Origin: Macrostomum lignano | Taxonomy: Eukaryota | Direction of reading: 5' to 3' | Assembly (NCBI GenBank): GCA_002269645.1 | Contig: NIVC01002224.1 | Coordinates: 56,144 to 120,143, forward strand | DNA: 64,000 nt | Shown here: positions 36,881 to 50,389 of the stretch, one piece after another | Position numbering within the stretch: position 1 is the first letter of the stretch | How the letters are laid out: every line of letters starts with the position of its first letter | The notes under the pieces: model-generated | The model's input: only the letters and a program-made list of their open reading frames with translations | Told to the model about the DNA's origin: nothing | Database searches by the model: none | Program-made: the position numbers and the translations under genes

Positions 36881-39800
36881 GACGAGAGCTGCAGGTGCAT
36901 GAAAATAAAATTCGCATGCTGGCTTTAATGCTACATAATTCATTGGTGATTTTTAAAACAAATTAAACTGTAACTACATAATTTTCTTCTGCAATAAAAG
37001 CTAGCAGTCATATTGTTGGAAGAAAAATGGCAAGCAATAGTAGGTAATTATTGTCATACTGTCACAGGCAATAAAATTTGGTAGTCAAATGTTTTAAACA
37101 CTGTTTTCATTTTGGTTGCTACCACAAATGCCTTGGTATATTTTCTACTTAAAGAATTTTATAAAAAATTACAAATATTTTTATTTATATAAATGGCAAA
37201 TATACTAAACCTAAGGCTAAACTTGATTAGTTTTTTTGCAAACAATGTATATTATACTAATATACTATACTATAAAATTTAAAATTGCATGCACTATACA
37301 GGATACAATATATAATATAAGGCCTAGGCTCATCATGTTTTAATTTAAATAGGCATACTAATATTGGGCTTGAAAATTCTTTATGCCAATGCCAAGTAGG
37401 CACTTGACTTGAGTCTCGGGGCAAAAGTATACTAATTTTTTTGCAATCAAGGCCACATTCCAGACTATCAAATGTTTAACAGTCAATATGACTATCATAA
37501 GACATAGACTATAAAGGGTATATTTTTAGGCTAAGTGTTTCTAGTTTATAAAAATGCTAAAAATGTTATCAAAACAAGAAAACCTTTAGGTTTTTATCTA
37601 GTGTCATAGTGGTTAAAATGATTATTGTTTTAGATCAAAGTTAATACATACAATAATACAAACTATTGATTTTATTAGATTAGATATTACTAAATTATTC
37701 TGTAATGGATGGTAATAAAAACCTAAACCATACATTCGCACACAAACCTAGTGTACAAACAAGGTCTCATCATTTTTTCCTGCATTAAACTTGGGCGAAC
37801 AATAAGACACAATCCAAACGAAACTATGGTATGCCAGGAAACCCTGGAGTACATGTTGCCTTCCAAACTATGGCCAAATATGAAGTCTAACTCAAGTATA
37901 TTAATATTCTTGACTCTAGGCACTAGCAATCATCTTTTAACAAGGTTAGCTTTAACCATAATGCAATGACCACCCTTATGATTAAAGTGATATAGTCATC
38001 GTCTTATATTTATTTCCATATTTTTGACTGACAACCAGTTTACAGTGCAAAACAACTAATTAAAATAGCAAAACACAAGTGTAGAGGGATCTGCAACAAA
38101 ATAACTAACAATAAACGACACAGATATAAAGATTTAATATCAAAACTAGATAGTAGACAAATATATTATAAATGAAGACTGCTAGCCTCTACTTCTTTCT
38201 TGTCCTAGACCTAGACCTAAAGTCGTGATTAATTAACAGTATCATTATTATTTAGTTCTGCAGTCGCTGATTGTGGTCAACGATTGTGGCGCAGCACGAT
38301 TTTTGTTGTCCTGCGCCATGCTGCTGCCAGATTACAAATTGTTGTCAAAAAAATAAAACACATTTTTATGGCGATCATATTTTTTCATTTGAATCAAAAC
38401 TAACTCACAAAAAGTTGAAACTAAAAAACCGGTTATTAAAAATCTGGAAAACTAGTCCGCTATCGTGTAAATGGGACATTTTAAAAGAAAGAGAAAAATT
38501 TGCAATGAAAAAATATAAGTTTTTTAACTTAATCTATTTTATATATTAAAATTTTAAAACTGTATACTGTGTATTGTAAAAATACGCGTCAAAAAAACTA
38601 TGACGTAAAATGCTTTGTTAAAGTTTGGACAAGAGTCAACATCAGTATTCAAATGCTTCAATCAGCGATATTTAAACGTGTACACTACTTGACTACTACT
38701 TTAATCAAATAGTCAAACAATAGTCAAACATATTGTTTCGACTTTATTATGGGCCAGCTCTTACCGTCAGCAAGAAACGGCCACTATCCAAAAATTATTA
38801 ATTAATTTTTTGTTTGTAACATCTGAACTGAATATATATTGATTACGAAAGTAATCAATCTCTCTCAGTAAGGGGTAATGTACTAATGTTAAATTTAATC
38901 TAGTAATCTTTAAAATAGTTATGTAGCGTAGGCCATGGCATAGGCTACAAAAAGTTTAAATGCTGATTCAATCCCAAAAATCGTTAAACCCTATATGGTT
39001 TACTAATTTTTACTTGAATCATTTCCCTCCTTTTGAATTTATTTTGCAATCCTAATTTAAGCTGCCAGTGCCACGCCTGCCACTGCCAGTGCCAGCAGCT
39101 GTAATTTTTATCTCAAGTAAACAATACCTCAAGGATTATTGTTGTCATTAACTTAATGTTTATTGCCAAAATAGTTTAAATTTTATTAGCCTAAATAGCT
39201 TATCTCCTTTAATTTAGGACTTGGCTATAGTAGCTATAGTAGTATCTAAATCTTGACATATTTATCTTATTTTCTATAGCTACAAAATATTTTATATGCT
39301 GTAATATGCACTGATCATATTTCTAAGTCTTTGATGATGAATGATACTTTGACTGACTAGTGCCTTGACAGTTTAACTCTAAATAATAAGCAAGAACTTC
39401 ACAAGCATGAAATAGTCTTTGTAATAAATTTCAGTTTCAACTAAGGCCTAGTAATTTTGTTATAATTTGATTAATGCAAATCACCATAAAATGTAATATA
39501 CAATTATTATATATAGTGTACATTATAGCACCTATTTTTATGTAGCACCTAATATATTATATACTAGCCTTAAGTATAAAGGCAGAGTTTTATTTATTAT
39601 TATTGCTACATACAAATAGCCATGTCAAGCCATAAACTCTAATGAAAAGCTATGGCTATAGGTCGTGAAGCAATCCAAGTCGATGAGCTTGGGGATAATA
39701 AAATGAGAAAGATCAGAGCTGATCATATTTAAGACAAGCCAGACTTGCATACCATTGCTACAATCATTGTGTGTGGCTTCTTCAAGACAAAGGGAGCTAG

Positions 39801-41044
39801 CTAACTAAAAAGTACAAGGCTGAATTGCAAAACAGAAAGTACAAATAATTGGAGGATGGAAATCCAACACTAAATAAGTGTTACAGGTATAATTGTTCCT
39901 AGTTACTAATGCCACCAAGTTGTAGCAGGCCTATTTACTCCTTGTCTAAATTTCACCATTTTAATCACTAGATTGTACTACTAAATCTATTATTTCTAAT
40001 CCTAAGAATCCCAATAATTAAACCTATATGTACATATATGGGCTATTGTCAGTACGAGTTACCCTGGTAGCTTCAGTTCCCAAGTGGCAATACATTGCTT
40101 ACTACTATACTAATAATTACTACTAATTTCTAAATTACTTAGTCTAAACATGGCATTCCACTAACCAAGGGGTTTCCAGCTTTAATACTGTCTTTCCCAA
40201 TTTAATACTATATTATGCTTGTAATAGCCTAGATCTATTCTTAGGGAATCCTCCCTCCTTACTGGGCAATCCACCTTTTCTGTTTAGCAAAATGCTTGTT
40301 TGGTAATCCCTACTTAACTGCACTGGCAAAACGCCCTTTTTATCCAATATGGTCTTTCCAAACTTGTAATCCTGCTTAAATAACTAAGAAAGTAAGACCA
40401 GAGAAATCTTAATTTCTAGGTTACTGAGTATTGAACCCAACAAAGGAGTTAAGGAAAATGTTTAGTATTTCACCTTGTATTTATACTAACTGAAACCTCT
40501 CTCTATTGGCTTGGGTTACATTTGTTTAAACAACATTTAGTTAAAACAAATATCATCATATTAAAACAAAATATTTGTATAACTGTTATTTGGCAGGAAT
40601 TTGACTTACAAACATGTTAATATTTTCTTATAACAAGATATGAGCCCTACTGCATAAGCATTGTTAATTTTCTATCTAGGCTTTAAAGTTTTAGATTAAC
40701 TCTATATCTACTAAAACATGGGACAAATGCACAAAAGTAATAAAATATTCTGTATTATATAATGATCATACTTAAAAAAAACTGTTTTTTGATAGGAGTT
40801 TTAGCAAACCTTTCAAGATAATTAATTGTTTTTCAAAAGAATTTTATTCCTTTACTTTAAATCTAAATCTAAAAAGCACCATTTTAATATTTTTTTCTTT
40901 TAATAAAAAGAGCAGTTAAAAATGCTTCTTCTACTAAATGATGGCACTGAGCTTATAGAATTGTACAACCTTAGCCTAATCAATTTATCCAATTTTTTAT
41001 CGTGAGTTTGGAAATCCCATTTTGCATCTCCTGCAGCTCTCATC

Positions 41045-42996
41045 ATGTCAGACCGTGGCCTGGTGTTCAGCGCTGGCAGACCAAACCAGAGAGTGTCTGC
41101 AGCTGCAGCAGCTGCTTCTGGAAGCAGCAACAAGAGCCTTAAAGGCATTATTGCAGGTGAGAGATGGATTTATGAAATGGAAAATGTTTATATTAAGAGG
41201 CCAAGCCAGAAAGCCACGCCAAACTCTGTCCCTCAGGCGGCATCACGGGAGGCATGGAGATCTGCATCACATTCCCAACAGAGTACGTGAAGACCCAGCT
41301 GCAGTTGGACGAGAAGGTGGGCGCCCAGAAGCGGTACAAGGGGCCGATCGACTGCGTGAAGGTGACGGTCAGGGAGCGGGGCTTCTTCGGCTTGTACCGA
41401 GGCCTGAGTGTGCTGCTGTATGGCTCGATTCCCAAGTCCGCTGTGAGGTGAGAGAGGGGCTTGTTGATGGGATTTGGGATTTGGGATTTGTAGGTTAATT
41501 AGTAAGTTGCGATTTGGTTGAGGGTTTCGCATCATAGATTTTGATGTTTATCGGGTAGTCAGCAAGAGTAACTATGCGTGCGCTTAGGCTGCCAAAAACC
41601 TCGCCATCTAACAACCCCGCCAAAAGTTTGGCGCATTCGAGGAGTTCAAGAAGCGCACCTCGGACGCGCGGGGTGTTTTGGGATTTGAGCTTTGGGATTT
41701 GTAGATTGGGATTTTTAGGTTGGGATTTGTGGGTTGTGATTTTTAGATTAGATATTGGTTAGCTAGGAATTGCAAATAGGGTTCTGTAGGTTAGGATCTG
41801 CAAGTCACGATTCTTCGAAGTTTATTGATACTTACTTGAGTTTTAACTGATCGTCTCTGGTGTTATGCGGGTAGTCAGCAGGAGTAACTTTACCAGCTTT
41901 TGCTGGCGAAATGCCTCGCCAGCTTGTTAGCTTTCTACATAGATGGTTAGGGTAGTCAGCAGGAGTAAGTATGCGTGCGCTGAGCCAGCCAAAAGCCTCG
42001 CCATCTAACAACCCCGTCAAAGGTTCGGCGCATTCGAGGAGTTCAAGAAGCGCAACTCGGACGCGCAGGGCAACCTGAGCACCGGTCGGAAGTTTCTGTG
42101 CGGCCTCGGCGCCGGCATCTGCGAGGCGATCTTCGCCGTGACGCCCATGGAGACGGTGAAGGTGAAGTTCATCAACGACCAGAACTCGGCGAACCCAAAG
42201 TTCCGCGGCTTCTTCCACGGTGTCCGGGAGATTGTGCGCGAGCAGGGGCTTCGGGGCTGCTACCAGGGCTTGACGGCCACGATGATGAAGCAGGGCTCGA
42301 ACCAGGCCATCCGGTTCCTGGTGGTGGAGTCGCTGAAGGACTGGTACAGGGGCTACCGCGGTGACACGGACAACACGAGGCCGATCCCGAAGCTGCTGAC
42401 TGGCATGTTTGGCGCAGTGGCCGGGGCGGCTTCCGTGTTCGGCAACACGCCGATCGATGTGGTGAAGACTCGAATGCAGGGCCTGGAGGCGCACAAGTAC
42501 CGCAGCACCGCGCACTGCTTCGTCAAGATCTGGCGGGAGGAGGGACTCAAGGCGTGAGTGAAGCTTGGGTTTCTTGGAAATAATTTGTTTGTTTTAAGCT
42601 GCTGTACACTCTGTGTGAGCCCTTGTGTGCATCATCAAGGATTCAGACTGCAAGAGCTAACGTGTAGTTCTTTCTGCGGATTCTACCGGTATATACAGGT
42701 CTTCCAAGATAAACAATTTTGCAAATATTCTTACCCTACTTACAGTAGAAATTGCAAAAAATATTGCGCGTATATTAACAAGAATGATGCACTTTTAAGT
42801 ACTCTACTTGCAGTAGAAATACAAAGAAAAAATCGTGAAAATTTAAATGATATTTTTTTAAATGTGTTTTCAATCATCTCTTTGCAGATTCTACAAGGGC
42901 ACGGTCCCCAGGCTCAGCCGAGTCTGTCTTGACGTTGGCATCACGTTTATGATTTATGACAGCTTTATGGAGCTGTTTAACAAAATCTGGAAGTAA
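41045..42996 (+). CDS. SLC25A1: Mitochondrial tricarboxylate (citrate) carrier, SLC25A1-like, copy 2; exons 41045-41156, 41237-41447, 42023-42553, 42888-42996
   Basis: Same exon lengths as copy 1 (112/211/531/109). Ends EEGLKA / [35 protein letters not shown] with TAA 42994-42996. Confidence 0.95.
41545..41670 (+). pseudogene. Duplicated intron-2/exon-3 junction fragment (decoy pseudo-exon) in SLC25A1 copy 2
   Basis: CGCCATCTAACAACCCCGCCAAAAGTTTGGCGCATTCGAGGAGTTCAAGAAGCGCACCTCGGACGCG versus the true junction at 42000-42065. Confidence 0.75.
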
Positions 42997-44409
42997 AAGG
43001 CGCCGTTTAATTAGCTGAACGGGATGATTAAAGTCGCTGATAATTTTTTACTTTAAGTTTCGCAAGCAACTTTATTTAGCAGTATCTTGATGGCTCATGC
43101 CCAGATATTAATGCTTTTATTCGATTTTAAAATTAAATTTAGATTTTTCGGTCAGCCATCGTCTTAGATTATTAGAAAACCTATCGGACTGTAGTTAGAG
43201 GTTTTCGCTAATTGTCAGTAGAGGTGTCAGACTTTTCAGACTTGTCAGAATTTTCTCAGGCAAACGTATTCTATTTGTTTCTGTTGTGCAATGCGGCAGA
43301 ATCTATGAAGAAACTTATTATTAATAGTAGTTCCCTGAGCGCATAATTTTTTACTTTTAAAAAATGTTTGAACTTATCCACTTCCAGGTTTGTCTACTCA
43401 TATAAGTAGTTGCGCTCGCGCTTTTTAGTCAGTTGCACAAGCTATTGAATTTGCATCTTATCTATTTAATTTACACGAAAAGGGTTGTAATACCATTTAT
43501 AAACGATTACTTTTGCTTTTTTGTAGATTTTTTAGCCAAACAATACAGTCCATATCATTTATTTAACCTATTTTGTGGTTAAATTACTTTTTATTTTTTA
43601 TTAACCTTTTGCAACCAGTTTTGTTAAAATTGTTGACAATAATTTCACTTGCCAGATACGATTGGCCTGCTTATCACTGTAGTTATAATATTGTGAGATG
43701 CAGTTTCCGATTAAGCCGAACTGTTTTGTGCATAATATATCATATAATAATATTATTTTCATAAATATTCCATTTAGATTCACTTACAGTTAGATAGTCA
43801 ATTTAATTTCGTTGTGCGTTATGTCTTCTTAACTTTTAATTTTATTATTTTTTTGTCTCCGGCTGTTGGTTGAAGTTAAAGTGATATGAAATTTATTTCT
43901 AAGAAAGCACGAGAAAAAATATAACGATGAAATTGAGACAGCCATAAATATTTTATTGATTTGCTTATTTGTAGAAGTTTTAGGCCTATCTTCTACATTT
44001 AAGCTTTAGATTGAAGCAAGTACGTTCACAGTGAAACAGTGAACTGTCAATGGTTACACGGGCTGAAGTTTATTTTTAAAACAAAATTATTTTGTTTTGC
44101 GACGCTTCGACAATAAAGAGAAGCAAATTTCATCTTTGCTAGAGGGACGCAAAATATTGCATTGAAATAAGAATGATTCATACTCGTGCGATTCAATTAC
44201 TCTGAGTAGTATTAATTAACAGTATTAACCATAATTCGATATTGAAGAAATTTTCAACAAATTTTCCAGTTTCGAAATGATCAGCGATTTACATTTGTTT
44301 TTTCACTATTTGATACACTTTACAGTACGAGGTGATGCTCGTTATTATAATTATCAATGACGATATATAGAGGCTGTTCATGGCGGCAAGATAACAATAG
44401 GCCAGAGGT

Positions 44410-45010
44410 GTCAGTGGAGACTGTAGGGTGTCAGTATATAAATAGTGAGATTTCAGTATAGAGACAGTAGGATGTCAGTAGACAGTGGGGTGTCAGTTTA
44501 GAGACAGTGGGATGTCAGTATAGAGACAGTGGGATGTCAGTATAGAGACAGTGGGATGTCAGTAGAGACAGTAGGATGTCAGTATAGAGACAGTGGGATG
44601 TCAGTTTAGACAGTAGGATGTCAGTATAGAGACAGTGGGATGTCAGTAGACAGTGGGATGTCAGTTTAGAGACAGTGGGATGTCTGTATAGAGACAGTGG
44701 GATGTAGTAGACTGGGATGTCAGTTTAGAGACAGTGGGATGTCAGTAGACAGTGGGATGTCAGTAGACAGTGGGATGTCAGTATAGAGATGGGTGTCAGT
44801 AGAGATAGTGGGTGTCAGTAGAGATAGTGGGGTGTCAGTAGAGATAGTGGGGTGTCAGTAGAAATAGTGGGGTGTCAGTAGACACACTGGGGTGTCAGTA
44901 GAGACAGTGGGGTGTCAGTAGAGACAGTGGGGTGTCAGTAGAAATAGTGGGGGTGTCAGTAGACACACTGGGGTGTCAGTAGAGACCGGTAAATGTCAGT
45001 AGAGATGGAG
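44410..45010. repeat. 20-22 bp minisatellite GAGACAGTGGG(A/G)TGTCAGTA(TA)
   Basis: Tandem copies lying downstream of the globin stop codon. Confidence 0.9.
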
Positions 45011-45160
45011 GTGTCAGTCCAGATTTTTGGGATGTCAGTAGTTCAGGTATAGAATGTGCAGTACTTTCATTTTCTAATGGGAATCTTCAACGGGCAGAAG
45101 CGCTGAAAATATTATTTGAATTTCTGACTATTAAAGTATTAAAAGTCAGTGCTGCGGGTG

Positions 45161-45355
45161 TCAATTCTGGGACATTGCGGTGATCCCTGTGCCGCCGCCG
45201 TCTGTGCCGCTGAACTCCTCGATGGCCTCATTGAAACCGGCTTCCAATTCGCTCAACAGGTAGCGAATTGTTCTCGCATAGATGTCCGCGATTGAATCAT
45301 TGTACCTGTCCTCCAGGGTGATGCGGATGGCGTCTAGAAATGGCTTCTCCATAGC
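45161..45355 (-). CDS. Terminal exon (G-H helices) of a neuroglobin-like invertebrate globin
   Basis: Acceptor CCCGCAG|GCT, phase 0, gives AMEKPFLDAIRITLEDRYNDSIADIYARTIRYLLSELEAGF...*. Resembles the EKPFL.AV..TLGDRY.....IY...I..I...L..GF tail of invertebrate neuroglobin-like proteins (from memory). Position fits the conserved phase-0 G7.0 globin intron. Confidence 0.72.
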   Translation of the reverse strand, partial: AMEKPFLDAIRITLEDRYNDSIADIYARTIRYLLSELEAGFNEAIEEFSGTDGGGTGITAMSQN

Positions 45356-45364
45356 CTGCGGGAT

Positions 45365-45407
45365 CGATTGATTGATTGATTAATTGTTTGGTTGATCGAT
45401 TGATTGG

Positions 45408-45440
<33 letters not shown>

Positions 45441-45815
45441 TGGTTGATTGATTGTTTGGTTGATAGGTTGATTTTTTGGTTGATTAATCGATTGATTGAT
45501 TGATTGATTGATTTTTTGGTTTGTTGATGGATTGATTGATTGATTGTTTGGTTGGTTGATGGATTGATTGATTGATTGGTTGATTGATTGATTGGTTGAT
45601 TGACTGATTGATGGATTGATTGATTGATTGGTTGATTGATCGATTGATTGATTGACTGATTGATTTTTTAGTTGATTGATTGATTGATTGATTGATTGAT
45701 TAATTGAATGATTAATTTATTGATTGATTTTTTGGTTGATTGATAGATTGACTGATAGATTGATTGATTTTTTGGTTGGTTGATAGATTGATTGGTTGAT
45801 TGGCTGATTGTTGAT
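45365..45815. repeat. (GATT)n-type imperfect microsatellite abutting the globin acceptor
   Basis: Directly visible. Confidence 0.95.
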
Positions 45816-46014
45816 TCGCTATGATCGGTTCGCTATTTGATAAATAACTCAAATATAGAATTAAACTAGCAATCTTCGCCCCCCGTTGGGGGACATCTGT
45901 ATAGAATCTCTGTTCTCTACAAGTAATAAGAAAATAGCCAAATAAAGCTTTCACAAAGAAAACAGACAAACTACTCAAATGAAGTGCAATGCAAAAAGAA
46001 ATCATCCCAAGACA

Positions 46015-46320
46015 GCAAACATTACCCAAATAGCAAGCATCCCCAGATAGCAAGCATCCCCCAGATAGCAAGCATTACCCAAATAGCAATCATCCCCAAA
46101 TAGCAAGCATCCCCCGGATAGCAAGCATTACCCAAATAGCAAGCATCCCCAGATAGCAAGCATCCCCCAGATAGCAAGCATCACCCAAATAGCAAGCATC
46201 CCCAGATAGCAAGCATCCCCCAGATAGCAAGCATCCCCCAGATAGCAAGCAGCCCCAAGATACAAGCTAGCAAGCATCCCCCAGATAGATAGCATCCCCA
46301 AATAGCTAGCATCCACCAGA
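46015..46320. repeat. 18-19 bp minisatellite CCCCAGATAGCAAGCATC
   Basis: Tandem copies. Confidence 0.92.
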
Positions 46321-46419
46321 CAATAAGTAGCTAGTGCGACAATTTCCTTAGCAATATAGTGGCTCCTTTAAAATTCACTCACTTTTACGTTTGAAATTGT
46401 GTATCTTTTATGTTTGACA

Positions 46420-48540
46420 TGGTGGCTCTTTAATGTTTGACATAGTGGCTCTTTATTATTCAACAAAGTGGCTCTTTAATGTTTGACATGGTGGCTCTTT
46501 TAAATGTTTAAAAGGTTGGCTCTTTAATTTTCAACATGGTGGCTCTTTTATGTTCGAAATGGTGGCTCCTTTATGTTCGAAATGGTGGCTCCTTTATGTT
46601 CGACATGGTGGCTCTTTTATATTAGACATGGTGGCTCTTTTATGTTCTACATGGTGGTTCTTTTATGTTCGACATGGTGGCTCCTTTATGTTCGACATGG
46701 TGGCTCTTTAATGTTCAACATGGTGGCTCTTTTATGTTTGAAATAAAGTCTCTTATATGTTCGACATGGTGGCTCTTTAATGTTCGACACGATGGCACTT
46801 TAATGTTTGATATGGTGGCTCTTTAATGTTTGACATGGTAGCTCTTTAATGTTCTACATGGTGGCTCTTTAATGTTCTACATGGTGGCTCTTTAATGTTC
46901 CACATGGTGGCTGTTCTATGTTTGACATGGTGACTCTTTTATGTTTGACATGGTGGCTCTTTAATGTTCGACATGGTGGCTGTTCTATGTTTGACATAGT
47001 GACTCTTTTATGTTTGACATGGTGGCTCTTTAATGTTCGACATGGTAACTTTTTAATGTTTGACATGTAGGCTCTTTAATGTTTGACATGGTGGCCCGTT
47101 ATTGTTCGACATGGTGGCTCTTTAATGTTGGACATGGTGGCTATTTTATGTTTGAAGTGATGGCTCTTAAATTTTTGGCCATGGAGTCACGTATATGTTT
47201 GACATGGAGTCACTTATATGTTTGACATGGTGGTCCTTCTATGTTTGACATGGTGGCTCTTTAATGTTTAATATGGTGGCTCCTTAATGTTAGACATGGT
47301 GGCTCTTCTATGTTTCACATGGTGGCTCTTTTATGTTCGACATGGTGGCTCTTTAATGTTCAACATGGTGGCTCTAATGTTTGACATGGTGGCTCTTTTA
47401 TGTTTGACATGGTGGCTCTTTAATGTTTGACGTGGTGGCTCTTTTGTGTTTGACATGATAGCTCTTTAATGTTGACATGGTGGCTCTTTATTGTTTGACA
47501 TGGTGGCTATTTAATGTTTGACATGGTGGCTCTTCTATGTTTGACATGGTGGCTCTTTAATGTTTGACATGGTGGCTCTTTAATGTTTGACATGGTGGCT
47601 CTTTAATGTTCGATATGGTGGCTCTTTATTGTTTGACATGGTGGCTCTTTAATGTTTGACATGGTGGCTCTTCTATGTTTGACATGGTGGCTCTTTAATG
47701 TTCGATATGGTGGCTCTTTATTGTTTGACATGATGGCTCTTTAATGTTTGACATGGTGGCTCTTTTATTTTTGACATGGTGGCTCGTAAATGTTTGACAT
47801 AGTGGCTCTTTAATGTTCGGCATGGTGGTTCTTTATTGTTTGACATGGTGGCTCTTTAATGTTTGACATGGTGGCTCTTTAATGTTCGACATATGGTGTC
47901 TCTTTTATTTTTGACATGGTGGCTCTTTAATGTTTGCCATGGCGGCCCTTTTACGTTTGAAATGTTGTCTCTTTAATGTTTGACATGGTGGCTCTTTTAT
48001 GTTTGACATCGTTGCTCTTTTATGTCTGATATGGTGGCCCTTTTATGTTTGGCATGGTGGCTCTTAAATGTTCGACATGGTGGCTCTTTAATGTTTGGCA
48101 TGGTGGCTCTTTTATATTTGGCATGGTGGCTCTTCTATGTTCGACATGGTGGCTATTTTATGTTCGACATGGTGGCTCTTTAATGTTCAACATGGTGGTT
48201 CTTTTATGTTTGACATGGTGGCTCTTTTTTGTTTGACATGGTGGCTCTTTTATGTTCGACATGGTAAATTTTTTATGTTCGACATGGTGGCTCTTTTATG
48301 TTCGACATGGTGGCTCTTTTATGTTTGACATGGTGGCTCTTTTATGATTGACATGGTAGCTCTTTTATGATTTACATGGTGGCTCTTTTATGTTCGACAT
48401 GGTGGCTCTTTTATGATTGACATGGTGGCTCTTTTATATCTGAAATGGTGGCTCTTTTATTTTTGACATGGTGTCTTTTCTGTGTTCGACATGGCGACAC
48501 TTTTATGTTTGGCATGGTGGCTCTTTTATATTTGACATTG
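46420..48540. repeat. ~23-bp diverged minisatellite GACATGGTGGCTCTTTTATGTTC/T
   Basis: Roughly 90 imperfect copies, more diverged than the other arrays. Confidence 0.95.
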
Positions 48541-48610
48541 CGCTTCTTTTATGTTTAGCATTTTGTGTTTTAAAGTGTTTTAATAAAAAAATTTAAAATT
48601 TTTTTGCACT

Positions 48611-48670
48611 CCTAAGATTCGAACCCAGGTCGCTACATTAGCAGTCCAGTCTGTTCGCATCTTGGCTATC
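48611..48670 (-). other. Degenerate tRNA-derived (Ser-GCT-like) remnant or SINE head
   Basis: Minus strand TAGCCAAG...TGGACTGCTAAT...GGGTTCGAATC. B-box and Ser-GCT-like anticodon loop are present but no full cloverleaf. Confidence 0.35.
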
Positions 48671-49334
48671 TCTTTTCATTTGGAGAACATGAATTGTGGC
48701 CCTTATAATTGAATTCTTATAGCAAGTCAATTGGAGTAGAAAGTTATGACATAATCAATTTCTCAGTCAGCCAGTATCAGTCTCAATTCAAGTTAGCAAT
48801 ATGGTTACGCAATTACAATCAAGTCTTGTGTGTATTTTTTCGACACTGTTTTCATCTTGTTGTGATGCAATCTTTATCACAATTGAAATTCAGTCAGTCA
48901 GTTTTTTCTCTCGCATTTTTACAATGATTTCAGGTCAAAAGAGCGTCTTGACCTTTGCAAAAAGCATGTTTTTCGAATATTTAATCCCTTTAAAATTGAG
49001 AAATTTCTTAGCCAAGATGCATGTACCGTCCCAGGAAAATTTCCGATCAAATGGTGCAAGTTTGAAGAAAATTGGTTAAGCGATTGGGATCGATAAATGG
49101 TCATTTTCCTGACCATTTGATCAGGAAAATTTCTGATCAAATGGTGCAAGTTTGAAGAAAATCGGTTAAGCCGTTTTTTTCTGAAATCTATCGCATAGCT
49201 ACAAACAACTCATTTTTAGGATATTTTTTTAGGAATTAAAAAATGATTGGCTAATGGCTTCACTTAGCTGCATGTATCTATAATGGAGCGATTAGTTGAT
49301 TGTAAAACCTTCCCGGTTTAATTTCTCGACCCTC

Positions 49335-49825
49335 TCTGTTTTTCCTAACATCCCACTGTCTTTCCTGACTTCCTGCTGTCTTTCCTGACTCTGCTGTTTT
49401 TCCTGACTTCCTGCTGTCTTTCCTGACCCCCTGCTGTCTTTTCTGACCCCCCTGCTGTCTTTCCTGACCCCCTGCTGTCTTTCCTGACCCCCTGCTGTCT
49501 TTTCTGACTCCCTGCTGTCTTTCCTGACTTCCTGATGTCTTTCCTGACTCTGCTGTTTTTCCTGACTTCCTGCTGTCTTTCCTGACCCCCTGCTGTCTTT
49601 TCTGACCCCCCTGCTGTCTTTCCTGACCCCCCTGCTGTCTTTCCTGACCCCTGCTGTCTTTCCTGACCCCTTGCTGTCTTTCCTGACCCCCTGCTGTCTT
49701 TCCTGACCCCCTGCTGTCTTTCCTGACCCCTTGCTGTCTTTCCTGACCCCCTGCTGTCTTTCCTGACCCCTTGCTGTCTTTCCTGACCCCCCTGCTGTCT
49801 TTCCTGACCCCCCTGCTGTCTTTCG
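49335..49825. repeat. 20-21 bp pyrimidine-rich minisatellite CCTGACCCCCTGCTGTCTTT
   Basis: Tandem copies. Confidence 0.94.
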
Positions 49826-50389
49826 GAACCAGCTCATTTTCTTTCCTGACAATCGGCAGAAAATTTCCAAATTTTTACTACCAAATAGCTTTCTTTGACT
49901 TCAGCAGCGCTCCCAGCATGCCCTTCTGCACCATCCCAGATACAGGCAACCTCTCCTGCTGCTCCTGCTAAAGCAATTGAAAACGCAGATGGCACAGGCA
50001 ATTTAGCCAAGCAGTAAATCATGCAATCGAGGTCTGTCTGGCCAGGAAAAAAATGAATCGAAAAATAGTTTTTTAGTTTCAAAACAACTGAATGATTGTC
50101 TGTGCTATGAATAGAACTGAACTGAAAGCTTAAGTTTAGCAAGCGTGACAGCTGCTTAGTGACTGCTGTGCTTGCAATGTACTTTTCTTCGATTACTTTT
50201 TTGAAAGCCCAAGCCGCCGCCACTTTGTGCATAGCTCAGTGATTCGATCCGGTGTGCTAATTGAATTCTTCTCGTGTTTAGCCCTCATTTTCTCGGCCTA
50301 CTTTTAATTTTGCTCAGCCTTGCTTTGCTGCTCCCGTAATCAGATCGCTTTATCTATATGTAGGGCGGTCCTCCCTGTAGCTTGTGCAC

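Noticed and set aside
35434-42515. Antisense ORFs over SLC25A1 exons ([11 protein letters not shown]...)
   Set aside because: Shadow frames of GC3-rich codons.
35111-42996. SLC25A1 pair as a pure assembly artefact (haplotype fold-back)
   Set aside because: Unrelated intron 3, diverged exon 4 and unrelated flanks are not expected of alleles. Still worth confirming with spanning reads.
49834-50232. 132-aa minus-strand ORF as a missing globin exon
   Set aside because: None of the three frames shows globin A-F helix motifs.
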